In this document: positions 9,035 to 16,711 of the stretch, one piece after another | Layout of the letters: every line of letters begins with the position of its first letter | Numbering within the stretch: position 1 is the stretch's first letter | Origin: an uncultured Gammaproteobacteria bacterium | Lineage (GTDB): Bacteria; Patescibacteriota; Patescibacteriia; DYHP01 | Direction of reading: 5' to 3' | NCBI GenBank assembly: GCA_964525225.1 | Contig: CAZGDX010000002.1 | Location: forward strand, 1-59,435 | Length of the DNA: 59,435 bases | The notes under the pieces: generated by a model | Seen by the model: the letters and a program-made list of their open reading frames with translations, nothing else | The model's database searches: none | What the model was told of the DNA's origin: nothing | Made by a program: the position numbers and the translations under genes

Positions 9035-9108
9035 TGGCAGGGGCGGTAGGAATCGAACCCACGATAAAGGTTTTGGAGACCCTTGTGATACCATTTCACC
9101 ACGCCCCC
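9035..9108 (-). tRNA. trnW: tRNA-Trp (anticodon CCA), CCA end encoded
   Basis: Cloverleaf folded by hand: acceptor GGGGGCG/CGCCCCT, anticodon arm AGGGT-CTCCAAA-ACCTT, T arm GTGGG-TTCGATT-CCTAC, discriminator G. Confidence 0.9.
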
Positions 9109-9161
9109 ATCATCAATTTATATTCTTAGCTATTTTACCTCTTTTTTCGCCGATTGTCAAT

Positions 9162-9180
9162 TACAAGGACCGTCCTTGTA
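9162..9180. repeat. REP-like palindrome copy 1
   Basis: tacaaggaccgtccttgta: 9-bp arms with a 1-nt centre. Confidence 0.9.
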
Positions 9181-9807
9181 TCATAAATTATCCATCAATA
9201 AATGCTCTATATCCTTTCTTTCTCTTATAATTTTATAACTATCATCCACAAATTTTGCGAACTCTAAACTATTTTTAAATTGATCTAAAATAATACTCTT
9301 TTGACACAAATCGCTGTTTATATCCGATTTTATGAATTCCCCATAACTGCTCCATTGGTACTCTACCGGGCTCTTTACTATTCCGGCCACAGCTGGATTT
9401 TGATGGATATAGGCGCAAAGCCACAATAAATATTTATCAGTATCAATCGTTACTTGTTTAAATTTCGCTTGAAATACGTGACCGCTTTTTTGATATTTTT
9501 TATTAAAATACATGGAATAACTGGTGCAAATTCTTTGTAAAAGTTTGCTTGTGGGAATATCTGTGTTTTGTCTTATTAATAAATGATAATGATTTGGCAT
9601 CAAACAATAGCAAACAAGCGAAAAAGAATTTGATGGCAACGAACGCATTCTGCTCAAAATTTTATCCGGAAATAAATTTTGTTTTAATTTCAAAAGAAAA
9701 AAATTAAAATCTTCCTTGCACAGAAAGATCTTTTCTTTGTTATTACTTCTATTATAGATATGATAATAGGCACCCTCTCCGAATTGTTTATAATCTCTAT
9801 TTTTCAT
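9181..9807 (-). CDS. REP-associated tyrosine transposase (RAYT) / IS200-like Y1 HUH transposase
   Basis: 208 aa. YHIYNRSN..., HUH motif in CLMPNHYHLLIRQ, catalytic Tyr region CAYIHQNPAVAG. Confidence 0.8.
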   Translation of the reverse strand: MKNRDYKQFGEGAYYHIYNRSNNKEKIFLCKEDFNFFLLKLKQNLFPDKILSRMRSLPSNSFSLVCYCLMPNHYHLLIRQNTDIPTSKLLQRICTSYSMYFNKKYQKSGHVFQAKFKQVTIDTDKYLLWLCAYIHQNPAVAGIVKSPVEYQWSSYGEFIKSDINSDLCQKSIILDQFKNSLEFAKFVDDSYKIIRERKDIEHLLMDNL

Positions 9808-9811
9808 AAGT

Positions 9812-9829
9812 TACAAGGACCGTCCTTGT
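9812..9829. repeat. REP-like palindrome copy 2
   Basis: tacaaggaccgtccttgt. Confidence 0.9.
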
Positions 9830-9870
9830 TCTTAACTACTCTAACTCAAAAACTTTAATTCGTCAAAATT

Positions 9871-9897
9871 TAATTACAAGGACCGTCCTTGTAATTA
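9871..9897. repeat. REP-like palindrome copy 3 (extended arms), overlapping the stop codon of the next gene
   Basis: taattacaaggaccgtccttgtaatta. The last 3 nt form the TAA stop of the 509-aa ORF. Confidence 0.9.
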
Positions 9898-11424
9898 GTA
9901 TCCGTCCTTAAAAACCGGCGCCAAAAGATTGTCCACAGGCACGTAATCATCAGTTAAAAGCACAGTTTTTTTCTGCTCGATAAAGTTAGCCAATTCTTCA
10001 TCCGTTACCAAAAAACGCAAATCTTCTGCCTCATCTTCGGTTAAAACATTTTTCGGGAAAATATCCGCCCACGCCTCTTTGTTAATTTCCTTATTTCCTG
10101 CCAAAACGACAAAAGTATTGCGATGGTTTGTTTTCCAATTAGAAGTTAGTGGCGCGAGATAAACATAAGAAAAAATTTCTTTAAGCGTTCTGACGTAAGA
10201 AGAAACAAACCTGCCGAATTTATAATCATCTATAATGTTTACCGCGTAAAATCCTTCTTCCGAAAGATGCGATTTTACAAGTTCGCCGAATTCTTTGGTG
10301 GTTAAATGATATGGCACGGCATAATCGTTAAACGCGTCGCCGAAAACCAAATCATATTTTTTATCCGTTGGCAAATTTTTTAAAAAAATCCGCGCGTCCG
10401 TATTCGCGGTTATTATTTTTGTATTTTCCGGCAAACCCAAATTTTTATAATTTATACTCGTCACTTCCGGGTCAATTTCCGCCACTTCTATTTTTGACGC
10501 CGGATAATTTTTCTCTAGATACCTTGGCATCGTATATCCCCCGCCTCCCAAAAAAAATGTGGAAAATTCTTTTTCGCCAGCCGGCGGAATTGTTGCCAAA
10601 TAATAATCTATAAGAATGGCGTAAATTTTTTCATAATCGTACTGCAAGCGTTTACTATTGTCCAAATCAATATAACTGTGCACCAAATGGTCCAATTTTA
10701 GCTGATAAACATTTACTCCGGCAGAAACCTGACGGATATTTATGCAATAATAGTCGCTTTCTTCCAAACAATTGCCTGGTAAAACCGCGCCGGTCAAAAA
10801 AATCAAAGCGAGAAAAATTCCCGATTTTCCAAACAATATTTTTGACGGCATTTCAAAAACTAAAATTCCCAAAACCAAAAGAATAAAAGCAACCGCCAGC
10901 ACTATAATTTTCGTGCCAAAAAAAGAAATAAAAAAATACCCTGTCAAAAGAGTACCGATAATGCTTCCGAGAGACGAAATGGCGTAAATGCGCCCGACCG
11001 TGCGCCCGGCCTTTTCAATGACGCGCAGGTCAAGTTTCACGACAAGCGGAGAAATGCATCCCAAAAACAAACTGGTTGGAAAAAACACCAAAAGGCAAAA
11101 AATAAATGTCGCGACATATAAAGGAATAAAAGTTCCCTGAAAAAGCTCTCCAAAAAATGGCACTGTAAAACGAACCAATAAACTGGAAACACCGGAAAGG
11201 ATAATTATCACGCCCAAAACTTTCCGTGAACCGAAAGAATCGGAAATCCGCCCGCCGATATAATTTCCTAAACTCACACCTCCAAGAATCACCCCGATTA
11301 CACTGGTCCAAGTATATAAAGACACACCAAGATATGGCGCCATTAAGCGTCCGGCAACAAGCTCTATCACCATCAGACAAAAACTTGTTATAAACACAAC
11401 CGCAAGCGACAAAATTGAGGGCAT
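9895..11424 (-). CDS. Fused polytopic membrane domain / spermidine-synthase-like methyltransferase-fold protein
   Basis: 509 aa. About 7 N-terminal TM helices, then FFLGGGGYTMPRYL...IEVAEIDPEV...DLVFGDAFND...PYHLTTKEF, a spermine/spermidine synthase signature. Confidence 0.65.
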   Translation of the reverse strand: MPSILSLAVVFITSFCLMVIELVAGRLMAPYLGVSLYTWTSVIGVILGGVSLGNYIGGRISDSFGSRKVLGVIIILSGVSSLLVRFTVPFFGELFQGTFIPLYVATFIFCLLVFFPTSLFLGCISPLVVKLDLRVIEKAGRTVGRIYAISSLGSIIGTLLTGYFFISFFGTKIIVLAVAFILLVLGILVFEMPSKILFGKSGIFLALIFLTGAVLPGNCLEESDYYCINIRQVSAGVNVYQLKLDHLVHSYIDLDNSKRLQYDYEKIYAILIDYYLATIPPAGEKEFSTFFLGGGGYTMPRYLEKNYPASKIEVAEIDPEVTSINYKNLGLPENTKIITANTDARIFLKNLPTDKKYDLVFGDAFNDYAVPYHLTTKEFGELVKSHLSEEGFYAVNIIDDYKFGRFVSSYVRTLKEIFSYVYLAPLTSNWKTNHRNTFVVLAGNKEINKEAWADIFPKNVLTEDEAEDLRFLVTDEELANFIEQKKTVLLTDDYVPVDNLLAPVFKDGY

Positions 11425-11467
11425 ATTCTTACGAATGTCTACTTAATTGCGAAATTGAATAACAAAA

Positions 11468-11623
11468 TTACTTGGTTTCTTTATGCGCTGTGTGCTTTTT
11501 GCACCATTTGCAATACTTTTTGAGTTCCAAACGCTCTTTCAATGTCTTTTTATTTTTGTGCGAATGGTAATTTATTCTCTTGCATGCGGCGCATTCCATT
11601 TTTATCAAATTATCTTGAGACAT
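11468..11623 (-). CDS. rpmG: 50S ribosomal protein L33
   Basis: 51-aa ORF below the ORF-track cutoff: [51 protein letters not shown]. CxxC...CxxC zinc ribbon and KKxxxxLELKKYC motif typical of L33. Confidence 0.85.
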   Translation of the reverse strand: MSQDNLIKMECAACKRINYHSHKNKKTLKERLELKKYCKWCKKHTAHKETK

Positions 11624-11643
11624 ATAGATTTATTTTAAGAAAA

Positions 11644-11715
11644 AGCCGACAGTGGGGATTGAACCCACGACCTACGGTTTACAAAACCGTTGCTCTGCCA
11701 CTGAGCTACGTCGGC
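11644..11715 (-). tRNA. trnT: tRNA-Thr (anticodon TGT)
   Basis: GCCGACG TA GCTC...GAGC A ACGGT TTTGTAA ACCGT AGGTC GTGGG TTCAATC CCCAC TGTCGGC T. CCA not encoded. Confidence 0.9.
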
Positions 11716-11733
11716 AGTTGATTAGAGATAGAG

Positions 11734-11815
11734 TGGGCAGGCTAGGATTTGAACCTAGGAAGGCGTGAGCCAGCAGATTACAGTCTGCCCCCGTTGGCCG
11801 CTTGGGTACCTGCCC
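11734..11815 (-). tRNA. trnY: tRNA-Tyr (anticodon GTA), long variable arm
   Basis: GGGCAGG TA CCCAAGCGGCCAACGGGG GCAGA CTGTAAT CTGC... long variable arm, CTAGG TTCAAAT CCTAG CCTGCCC A. Confidence 0.88.
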
Positions 11816-12011
11816 CCATACCAATTTTGTGTTTGGTTACAAAATTGTACAATTTTAGACGAAACTTGAACAAATCCACCACACCGACATTAAATAAGAT
11901 TATTGGTATGGGGGTCTGCCCGTTATTTAGCCCGCCTTATCGGTAGGCAAATCTGAAAATTATTATAACCGAATATTACCATAAATGCAAGATTTTATCA
12001 ACCTCAATATC

Positions 12012-12040
12012 AAAAACCGCCCAAAAAGGGCGGTTTTTTA
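12012..12040 (-). terminator. Symmetric intrinsic terminator just after tRNA-Thr(GGT)
   Basis: aaaaa-ccgccc-aaaaa-gggcgg-tttttt. Confidence 0.7.
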
Positions 12041-12050
12041 ATTTTCACAA

Positions 12051-12122
12051 AGCCGTTGGCCAGGATTGAACTGGCGACCTACTCCTTACCATGGAGTTGC
12101 TCTGCCACTGAGCTACAACGGC
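12051..12122 (-). tRNA. trnT: tRNA-Thr (anticodon GGT)
   Basis: GCCGTTG TA GCTC...GAGC A ACTCC ATGGTAA GGAGT AGGTC GCCAG TTCAATC CTGGC CAACGGC T. Confidence 0.9.
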
Positions 12123-12134
12123 GTAAATCTGAAA

Positions 12135-12210
12135 CTTCACGCCACCAAGTATCCCGACTTGGTCTTTGCGGCACACCGCGGTCAACGGCGTGATACTCGG
12201 TGGCGTGAAG
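12135..12210. other. 76-nt GC-rich long-stem hairpin between the TPR gene stop and tRNA-Thr(GGT)
   Basis: Arms 12135-12153 and 12192-12210 pair 18/19. The 38-nt loop contains a gcgg-caca-ccgc mini-hairpin. Confidence 0.7.
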
Positions 12211-12212
12211 CT

Positions 12213-12995
12213 TTACGCCCGCTTTCCTAATTTCTTTAATCTTATCTCAAAATCTTTTATTTTTTGATTTTCCGGGTTGACTTCGCGAAGTTTGTCCAGC
12301 GCATTCCGCGCCACGCGATAATTCTTTCCCATTATACCCACTTCTATTAAAAAATCAAGATGTTTCGGATTATTCGGCTCAATTTCAAGCGCTGTTGAAA
12401 GATATTCTATCGCTTTATCAATATCTCCCAGCCCAAGCGCGGCTTCGGTTAAAGAAACATAAACCGAGGCCTTTCCCGGATTTAATTTGGCGACAAATTC
12501 AAATGTCTCTTTTGCTTCCTTAAATTCTTTTTTATTAAGATACACATCACCTAAACCTTCATAAGACGCCGAATTTTTATAATCTAGACCTATTGCCTGA
12601 AGATATTTTTGCTCCGCCTCTTTCCAATTTTCATCTTCAACCAGCTTTTCCGCTTCTTCAAGCAATGTTTCCAGTTTAACGTCCGGAGCCGCTTCTTTTT
12701 TCGGTTTCATTTCTTTATATTGCTTTTCCAAATGAAGCGCGCGGTCATAGATTTTAATTGCCCTGCTTTTTATAATTCGCCCCAGCGGCGATAATAATTT
12801 TATCAATCCCAAAAACCACTTGCTACGGATTCTTTTCAGACGCTTAACCAAAATATTCTTTTTGGTTTGGGCTTCGCGTTCCGACTTTACCGTTTCAACT
12901 TTAATAATGGAAAGTTGGGGAAATTTTCCGACAATTATAAAACCGATTACGCCCGAACTTATTATGATAAGCGACCAAGCCAAGTAAGATAGCAT
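12213..12995 (-). CDS. Membrane-anchored TPR-repeat protein
   Basis: 260 aa. N-terminal TM helix. C-terminal TPR-like repeats (W.EAEQKYLQAIGLDYKN..., AKETFEFVAKLNPG..., AIEYLSTALEIEPNN). Confidence 0.7.
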   Translation of the reverse strand: MLSYLAWSLIIISSGVIGFIIVGKFPQLSIIKVETVKSEREAQTKKNILVKRLKRIRSKWFLGLIKLLSPLGRIIKSRAIKIYDRALHLEKQYKEMKPKKEAAPDVKLETLLEEAEKLVEDENWKEAEQKYLQAIGLDYKNSASYEGLGDVYLNKKEFKEAKETFEFVAKLNPGKASVYVSLTEAALGLGDIDKAIEYLSTALEIEPNNPKHLDFLIEVGIMGKNYRVARNALDKLREVNPENQKIKDFEIRLKKLGKRA

Positions 12996-13013
12996 AAATT
13001 AAATCCTAACGTT

Positions 13014-13093
13014 GTCATCCCGAGCCGTAGCCGAGGGATCCCTTAAACATTATCGAAGTGATTCCTCCACTCACTACGTTCGATCGGAATGAC
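13014..13093. repeat. REP/BIME-like doublet element A (gtcatYccga...tcggRatgac family)
   Basis: Starts gtcatcccgagccgtagccgagggatccc and ends gattcctccactcactacgttcgatcggaatgac. The 10-nt termini are complementary. It is the reverse-orientation relative of element B. Confidence 0.8.
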
Positions 13094-13109
13094 ACGGGGT
13101 AAAATTGAC

Positions 13110-13862
13110 TTACTTTATATTTCTAATAATCTTCAAAAACTCGCCTGCACCCAAACTCGCTCCCCCAACCAAAGCTCCTGCCATTCCCCCATCTTTTATA
13201 AAATCCGCTATGATTTTACTATTAACGCTTCCGCCGTAGATAATAGTAATCTGCTTTTTGATTGTTTTTTCGGAAAAATATTTTTTCAGTTCTTTCACGA
13301 TTATTTCCAACGCTTCTTTTGAATCTGCCGGACGCGCCGGACGGCCGGTGCCTATCGCCCAAACCGGTTCGTAAGCAATAATTATTTTTTTATCGCCGAT
13401 TTTCAAATTCTTAAAGGCGGCTGATATTTGTTTTTGTAAAATTTTCTTCACCAATCCCGCTTTTCTTTCTTTCCAAGTTTCGCCAATACATAAAATTGGC
13501 GTGAGATTTGCCAAAAGAGCGGCTTCCAGTTTCTGCCTGACAATTTTATCCGTTTCGCCGAGTTTTCTTCTTTCCGAATGTCCTAAAATTACATATTTAA
13601 CACCGATTCTTTTCAATTCTTTTGCCGAGACCTCGCCGGTAAAAGCCCCTTCTTCTTTCCAAAACATATCCTGGCTGCCAAGTCCGGTCTTTTTGCCTTT
13701 GGTGATTTTGCCGACTTCTTCCAAAGATGTGAAAGACGGGCAAAGAATAGTTTTTACGCCAAATTTTTCAGCTCCGCGGACGATTTTACGCGCCAATTTA
13801 ACGCTTTCTTTAAGCGTCAGTTCCATTTTCCAATTGGCGATGGCATAAAACATAATTATCAA
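13110..13862 (-). CDS. tpiA: Triosephosphate isomerase
   Basis: 250 aa. ANWKM, VILGHSERR, IAYEPVWAIGTG and GGASL motifs. Confidence 0.92.
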   Translation of the reverse strand: MIIMFYAIANWKMELTLKESVKLARKIVRGAEKFGVKTILCPSFTSLEEVGKITKGKKTGLGSQDMFWKEEGAFTGEVSAKELKRIGVKYVILGHSERRKLGETDKIVRQKLEAALLANLTPILCIGETWKERKAGLVKKILQKQISAAFKNLKIGDKKIIIAYEPVWAIGTGRPARPADSKEALEIIVKELKKYFSEKTIKKQITIIYGGSVNSKIIADFIKDGGMAGALVGGASLGAGEFLKIIRNIK

Positions 13863-13874
13863 TTTTATACTTTC

Positions 13875-13907
13875 GGGGACCCGTCCCCTATCGGGGGGAC
13901 GGGTCCC
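13875..13907. other. GC-rich hairpin without a U-tract between the M16 peptidase gene and tpiA
   Basis: ggggacccgtcccc-tatc-ggggggacgggtccc. Confidence 0.6.
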
Positions 13908-13917
13908 ACGTAGTTAA

Positions 13918-15189
13918 TCAAATTTTCAATAATTTTTCAAACTTCTCTTTTTTATCAAAAGGCCCGATAATTACCAAACTTATCTTTTTCCCGTCTATTA
14001 TTTCTTCCGCGACTTTTTTCACATCTTCTTTTTTAACACGGTAAATTTTTTCAAGCTTTTCATCCGGAGTTTTCAACTCCTGCTTCATCAGTTCTTGTTT
14101 GGCATACCACGCGGCAAGGGCTTCGGAATCTTCAAGCGCAAGCGCCATATGGCCTTTTGCGGTTTCTTTGGCGCGAGCAAGTTCGGCAGATGTGACACCA
14201 TTTTTCTTTATCTTTTTCAATTCATTTAAAATTGTTTTAAGCGACAATTCAATACGCGCCGGGTCCAATCCCGCGCGGATTACAAAAGCGCCGGTATCTT
14301 CGTAAGTTTCAACTTGCGAACGGACATGATACGCAAGACCTCTACGCTCACGGACTTCGGTGAAAAGGCGGGAGCTCATTGTGCCTCCCAAAATCGTGGA
14401 TAACATAGTAAGCGCCGGCAAACGTTTGTCGCCGGTGGCATAAGCCGGAAACCCGAGCGCCAGCTGAACCTGTTCGGTTTTTTTATTTTCAATCACCACT
14501 TTCGGAACTCCGCAAAGATGTTCAAATTTATGAAATTCACCGATTGTTTCTTTGGCTGAACCCTTGAATGAGCCGAAAAATTCTTGCGTTTTTTGCAAAA
14601 TTTTTCCATCAACATTTCCGGCAATGCCGATGACAATATTTTCCGGCTTATAAAACCGCTCTTTAAAATCCAAAACAGAAGCACGGGTCATTGCTTCCAT
14701 AGTTTCTTTTGTTCCGCTGATCGGCCGACCCAAGGTGTGTCCGTCAAAAACCGCGTCTTCTATCATATCTTCAATGTGCATTATCGGATTATCGCGATAC
14801 ATATTTATTTCTTCCAAAATAACTTTTTTCTCCCGGGTCATTTCTTTGGCGTCAAATTTGGAATGAAAAAGCATATCTTCAAGCATATCCAATGCCAATT
14901 GCAAATGTTCTGATGTAATTTTAATATAGTAGCCTGTATATTCTTTGCTTGTAAAAGCGTTATATTCAGCGCCTACGCCGTCTAATTCGCGAGAGATATC
15001 CAAAGTGGTCGGACGCCTCTTTGTGCCCTTAAACATCAAATGCTCAATAAAATGCGACGCGCCGTTAAGCGAATCGGATTCATACCGCGAGCCAACCTTA
15101 AAAAGCACGAGGACTGTAATAGCCTTAGTCCCTTTATACGGCACTTCCAAAAATCGTATTCCGTTTTTTAAGATGTGTTTTTTGTACAT
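13918..15189 (-). CDS. M16 (pitrilysin) family zinc peptidase
   Basis: 423 aa. Inverted zinc motif HFIEH in GASHFIEHLMFKGT. Both M16 N and C halves are present. Confidence 0.88.
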   Translation of the reverse strand: MYKKHILKNGIRFLEVPYKGTKAITVLVLFKVGSRYESDSLNGASHFIEHLMFKGTKRRPTTLDISRELDGVGAEYNAFTSKEYTGYYIKITSEHLQLALDMLEDMLFHSKFDAKEMTREKKVILEEINMYRDNPIMHIEDMIEDAVFDGHTLGRPISGTKETMEAMTRASVLDFKERFYKPENIVIGIAGNVDGKILQKTQEFFGSFKGSAKETIGEFHKFEHLCGVPKVVIENKKTEQVQLALGFPAYATGDKRLPALTMLSTILGGTMSSRLFTEVRERRGLAYHVRSQVETYEDTGAFVIRAGLDPARIELSLKTILNELKKIKKNGVTSAELARAKETAKGHMALALEDSEALAAWYAKQELMKQELKTPDEKLEKIYRVKKEDVKKVAEEIIDGKKISLVIIGPFDKKEKFEKLLKI

Positions 15190-15192
15190 AGT

Positions 15193-15714
15193 TTATTGTG
15201 GTACGGGCAATCCTAATTTTTGTAATGGTAAATAATGAAAATAATAATGACAGCCAACTGATATAACATAATCCAAAGTATCCTTGTACTGTGCTTTTTT
15301 AAACCAATCGCTCAAAATATAAATATACTCAACTTCAATATTTAAAGGCGCCATCAATTTACGATATTGTTTTCTCTTAAAATCACAAGTTTGTAATTTT
15401 TCATCGACCGAACCGGCAACTTTTTGAAACTTCATCTCGATAACAAACAGGGTATTATTATGAATAACATAAACTGCCTCATCCGGAAGTAACTGTTTAG
15501 AGATATATTCTTGATAATTAATTTTTTGTGATTCCAAAAAACGGTACAATCCGTGCTTTTTGTAACTTCTCGCCACCTCGTGTCCATCATAATAAATAAT
15601 ATTTTCCGTAACCTTATACCCTTTAACTTTCTTTAATAGCGAGACGATATCCCGCCCTTTTTCAAAATTTAAACCCGTTATAGTATTTCCTCCGCCCTTT
15701 CCATTATTGATCAT
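15193..15714 (-). CDS. Putative type II restriction endonuclease (PD-(D/E)xK fold)
   Basis: 173 aa. LPDEAVYVIHNNTLFVIEMKFQK gives a PD...ExK arrangement. Lies 1 nt downstream of the DNA methyltransferase. AT-rich. Confidence 0.55.
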   Translation of the reverse strand: MINNGKGGGNTITGLNFEKGRDIVSLLKKVKGYKVTENIIYYDGHEVARSYKKHGLYRFLESQKINYQEYISKQLLPDEAVYVIHNNTLFVIEMKFQKVAGSVDEKLQTCDFKRKQYRKLMAPLNIEVEYIYILSDWFKKAQYKDTLDYVISVGCHYYFHYLPLQKLGLPVPQ

Positions 15715-15715
15715 A

Positions 15716-16711
15716 TTAGTTTGCTAAAATTGAGGCACCCGCCATTACTACGGGATGAAAATTTATTTTTTTATTTAAATTATTTTCAAGCGCCTCAAAA
15801 CGTTTAATTGATAAATCTAAAAATTTTTCTTCCATATCTATACCTATAAAATTACGCCCAAAAAGATGCGCAACAATTCCTGTTGTGGAACTACCAGTAA
15901 AGGGATCCAAAACTAAATCCCCTCTTTTTGTGCTTGCGAGTATAATACGTTTTAACAAATCTTCTGGTTTTTGTGTTGGATGTTTACCAAATCTCTTTTC
16001 TATATCTTTTGGCGTACCTATGGCCCAAACTGAACGCATTTGTTTATCTGGTTTTTTTATAAAATCATTATCCCACTGACCGCTCTTCATTAAACTATAA
16101 TTAAAATAATGTTTTGCTTTTTTTTCTTTGCGCGCCCAAATTAATGTTTCGTGACTTGCGGTAAAAAATCTACAACTTAAATTAGGTGAGGCATTCGGTT
16201 TAAACCACGCAACATCATTTAGAATATGAAAATTAGCGCTTTGTAATGCAAACCCACATTGATATATAGAATGATAAGTTCCACTTATCCAAATCGTTCC
16301 CTCCGGTTTTAAAACTCGCCTACATGCCGTTATCCAGTCTAAATGAAATTTGAAGTCCTTACTTACACCCTTACTTTTATCCCAATCCCCTTTATTTACA
16401 CCAACTTGTCTGCCCGCATGAACAGAGAAGCCACCATTTGACAACAAGTATGGCGGATCGGCAAAAATCATATCTACTGAATTTTCAGGTATTTCAGATA
16501 GAATATCGAGACAATTAGAATGATATAATTTAAAATTTTTCCCATTAAAATATGGCTTCTGAATACTATTTCTTATATCAGTTTCAGTTTGTTCCCCACA
16601 ATCAATAAACCTCACCTCGGGCATAATTTCAGCGAACATTTCTTCTACAAGCGACTTCCTTATTAACCTTTCGCAACTGTTAAAATTTTTCTTTATTTCG
16701 GCTTTATTCAT
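15716..16711 (-). CDS. Beta-class N6-adenine/N4-cytosine DNA methyltransferase
   Basis: 331 aa. Motif IV IFADPPY precedes motif I VLDPFTGSSTTG (beta-class order). The ATG overlaps the glyQS TGA (ATGA). Confidence 0.85.
   Translation of the reverse strand: MNKAEIKKNFNSCERLIRKSLVEEMFAEIMPEVRFIDCGEQTETDIRNSIQKPYFNGKNFKLYHSNCLDILSEIPENSVDMIFADPPYLLSNGGFSVHAGRQVGVNKGDWDKSKGVSKDFKFHLDWITACRRVLKPEGTIWISGTYHSIYQCGFALQSANFHILNDVAWFKPNASPNLSCRFFTASHETLIWARKEKKAKHYFNYSLMKSGQWDNDFIKKPDKQMRSVWAIGTPKDIEKRFGKHPTQKPEDLLKRIILASTKRGDLVLDPFTGSSTTGIVAHLFGRNFIGIDMEEKFLDLSIKRFEALENNLNKKINFHPVVMAGASILAN

Larger units (their letters stand above)
9162..9897 (-). mobile_element. RAYT/IS200-like Y1 transposase unit bracketed by perfect palindromes
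   Basis: The palindrome tacaaggac-c-gtccttgta occurs at 9162-9180 (abuts the stop codon), 9812-9829 (4 nt before the start codon) and 9871-9897 (extended form taattacaagg...ccttgtaatta). Confidence 0.75.

Noticed and set aside
8867-9094. 75-aa minus-strand ORF
   Set aside because: It overlaps the well-folded tRNA-Trp gene (9035-9108).
11030-11380. Shadow ORFs inside larger genes (also 17160..17636, 25139..25705, 20704..21009, 28306..28869, 34687..35124)
   Set aside because: They overlap well-supported genes in other frames or strands and have biased, implausible compositions.
11644-12122. tRNA cluster as an integration site for a prophage or genomic island
   Set aside because: No integrase, direct repeat of a tRNA 3' end, or phage-like gene was found nearby. 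The adjacent RAYT unit is a Y1 transposase, not a tyrosine recombinase.
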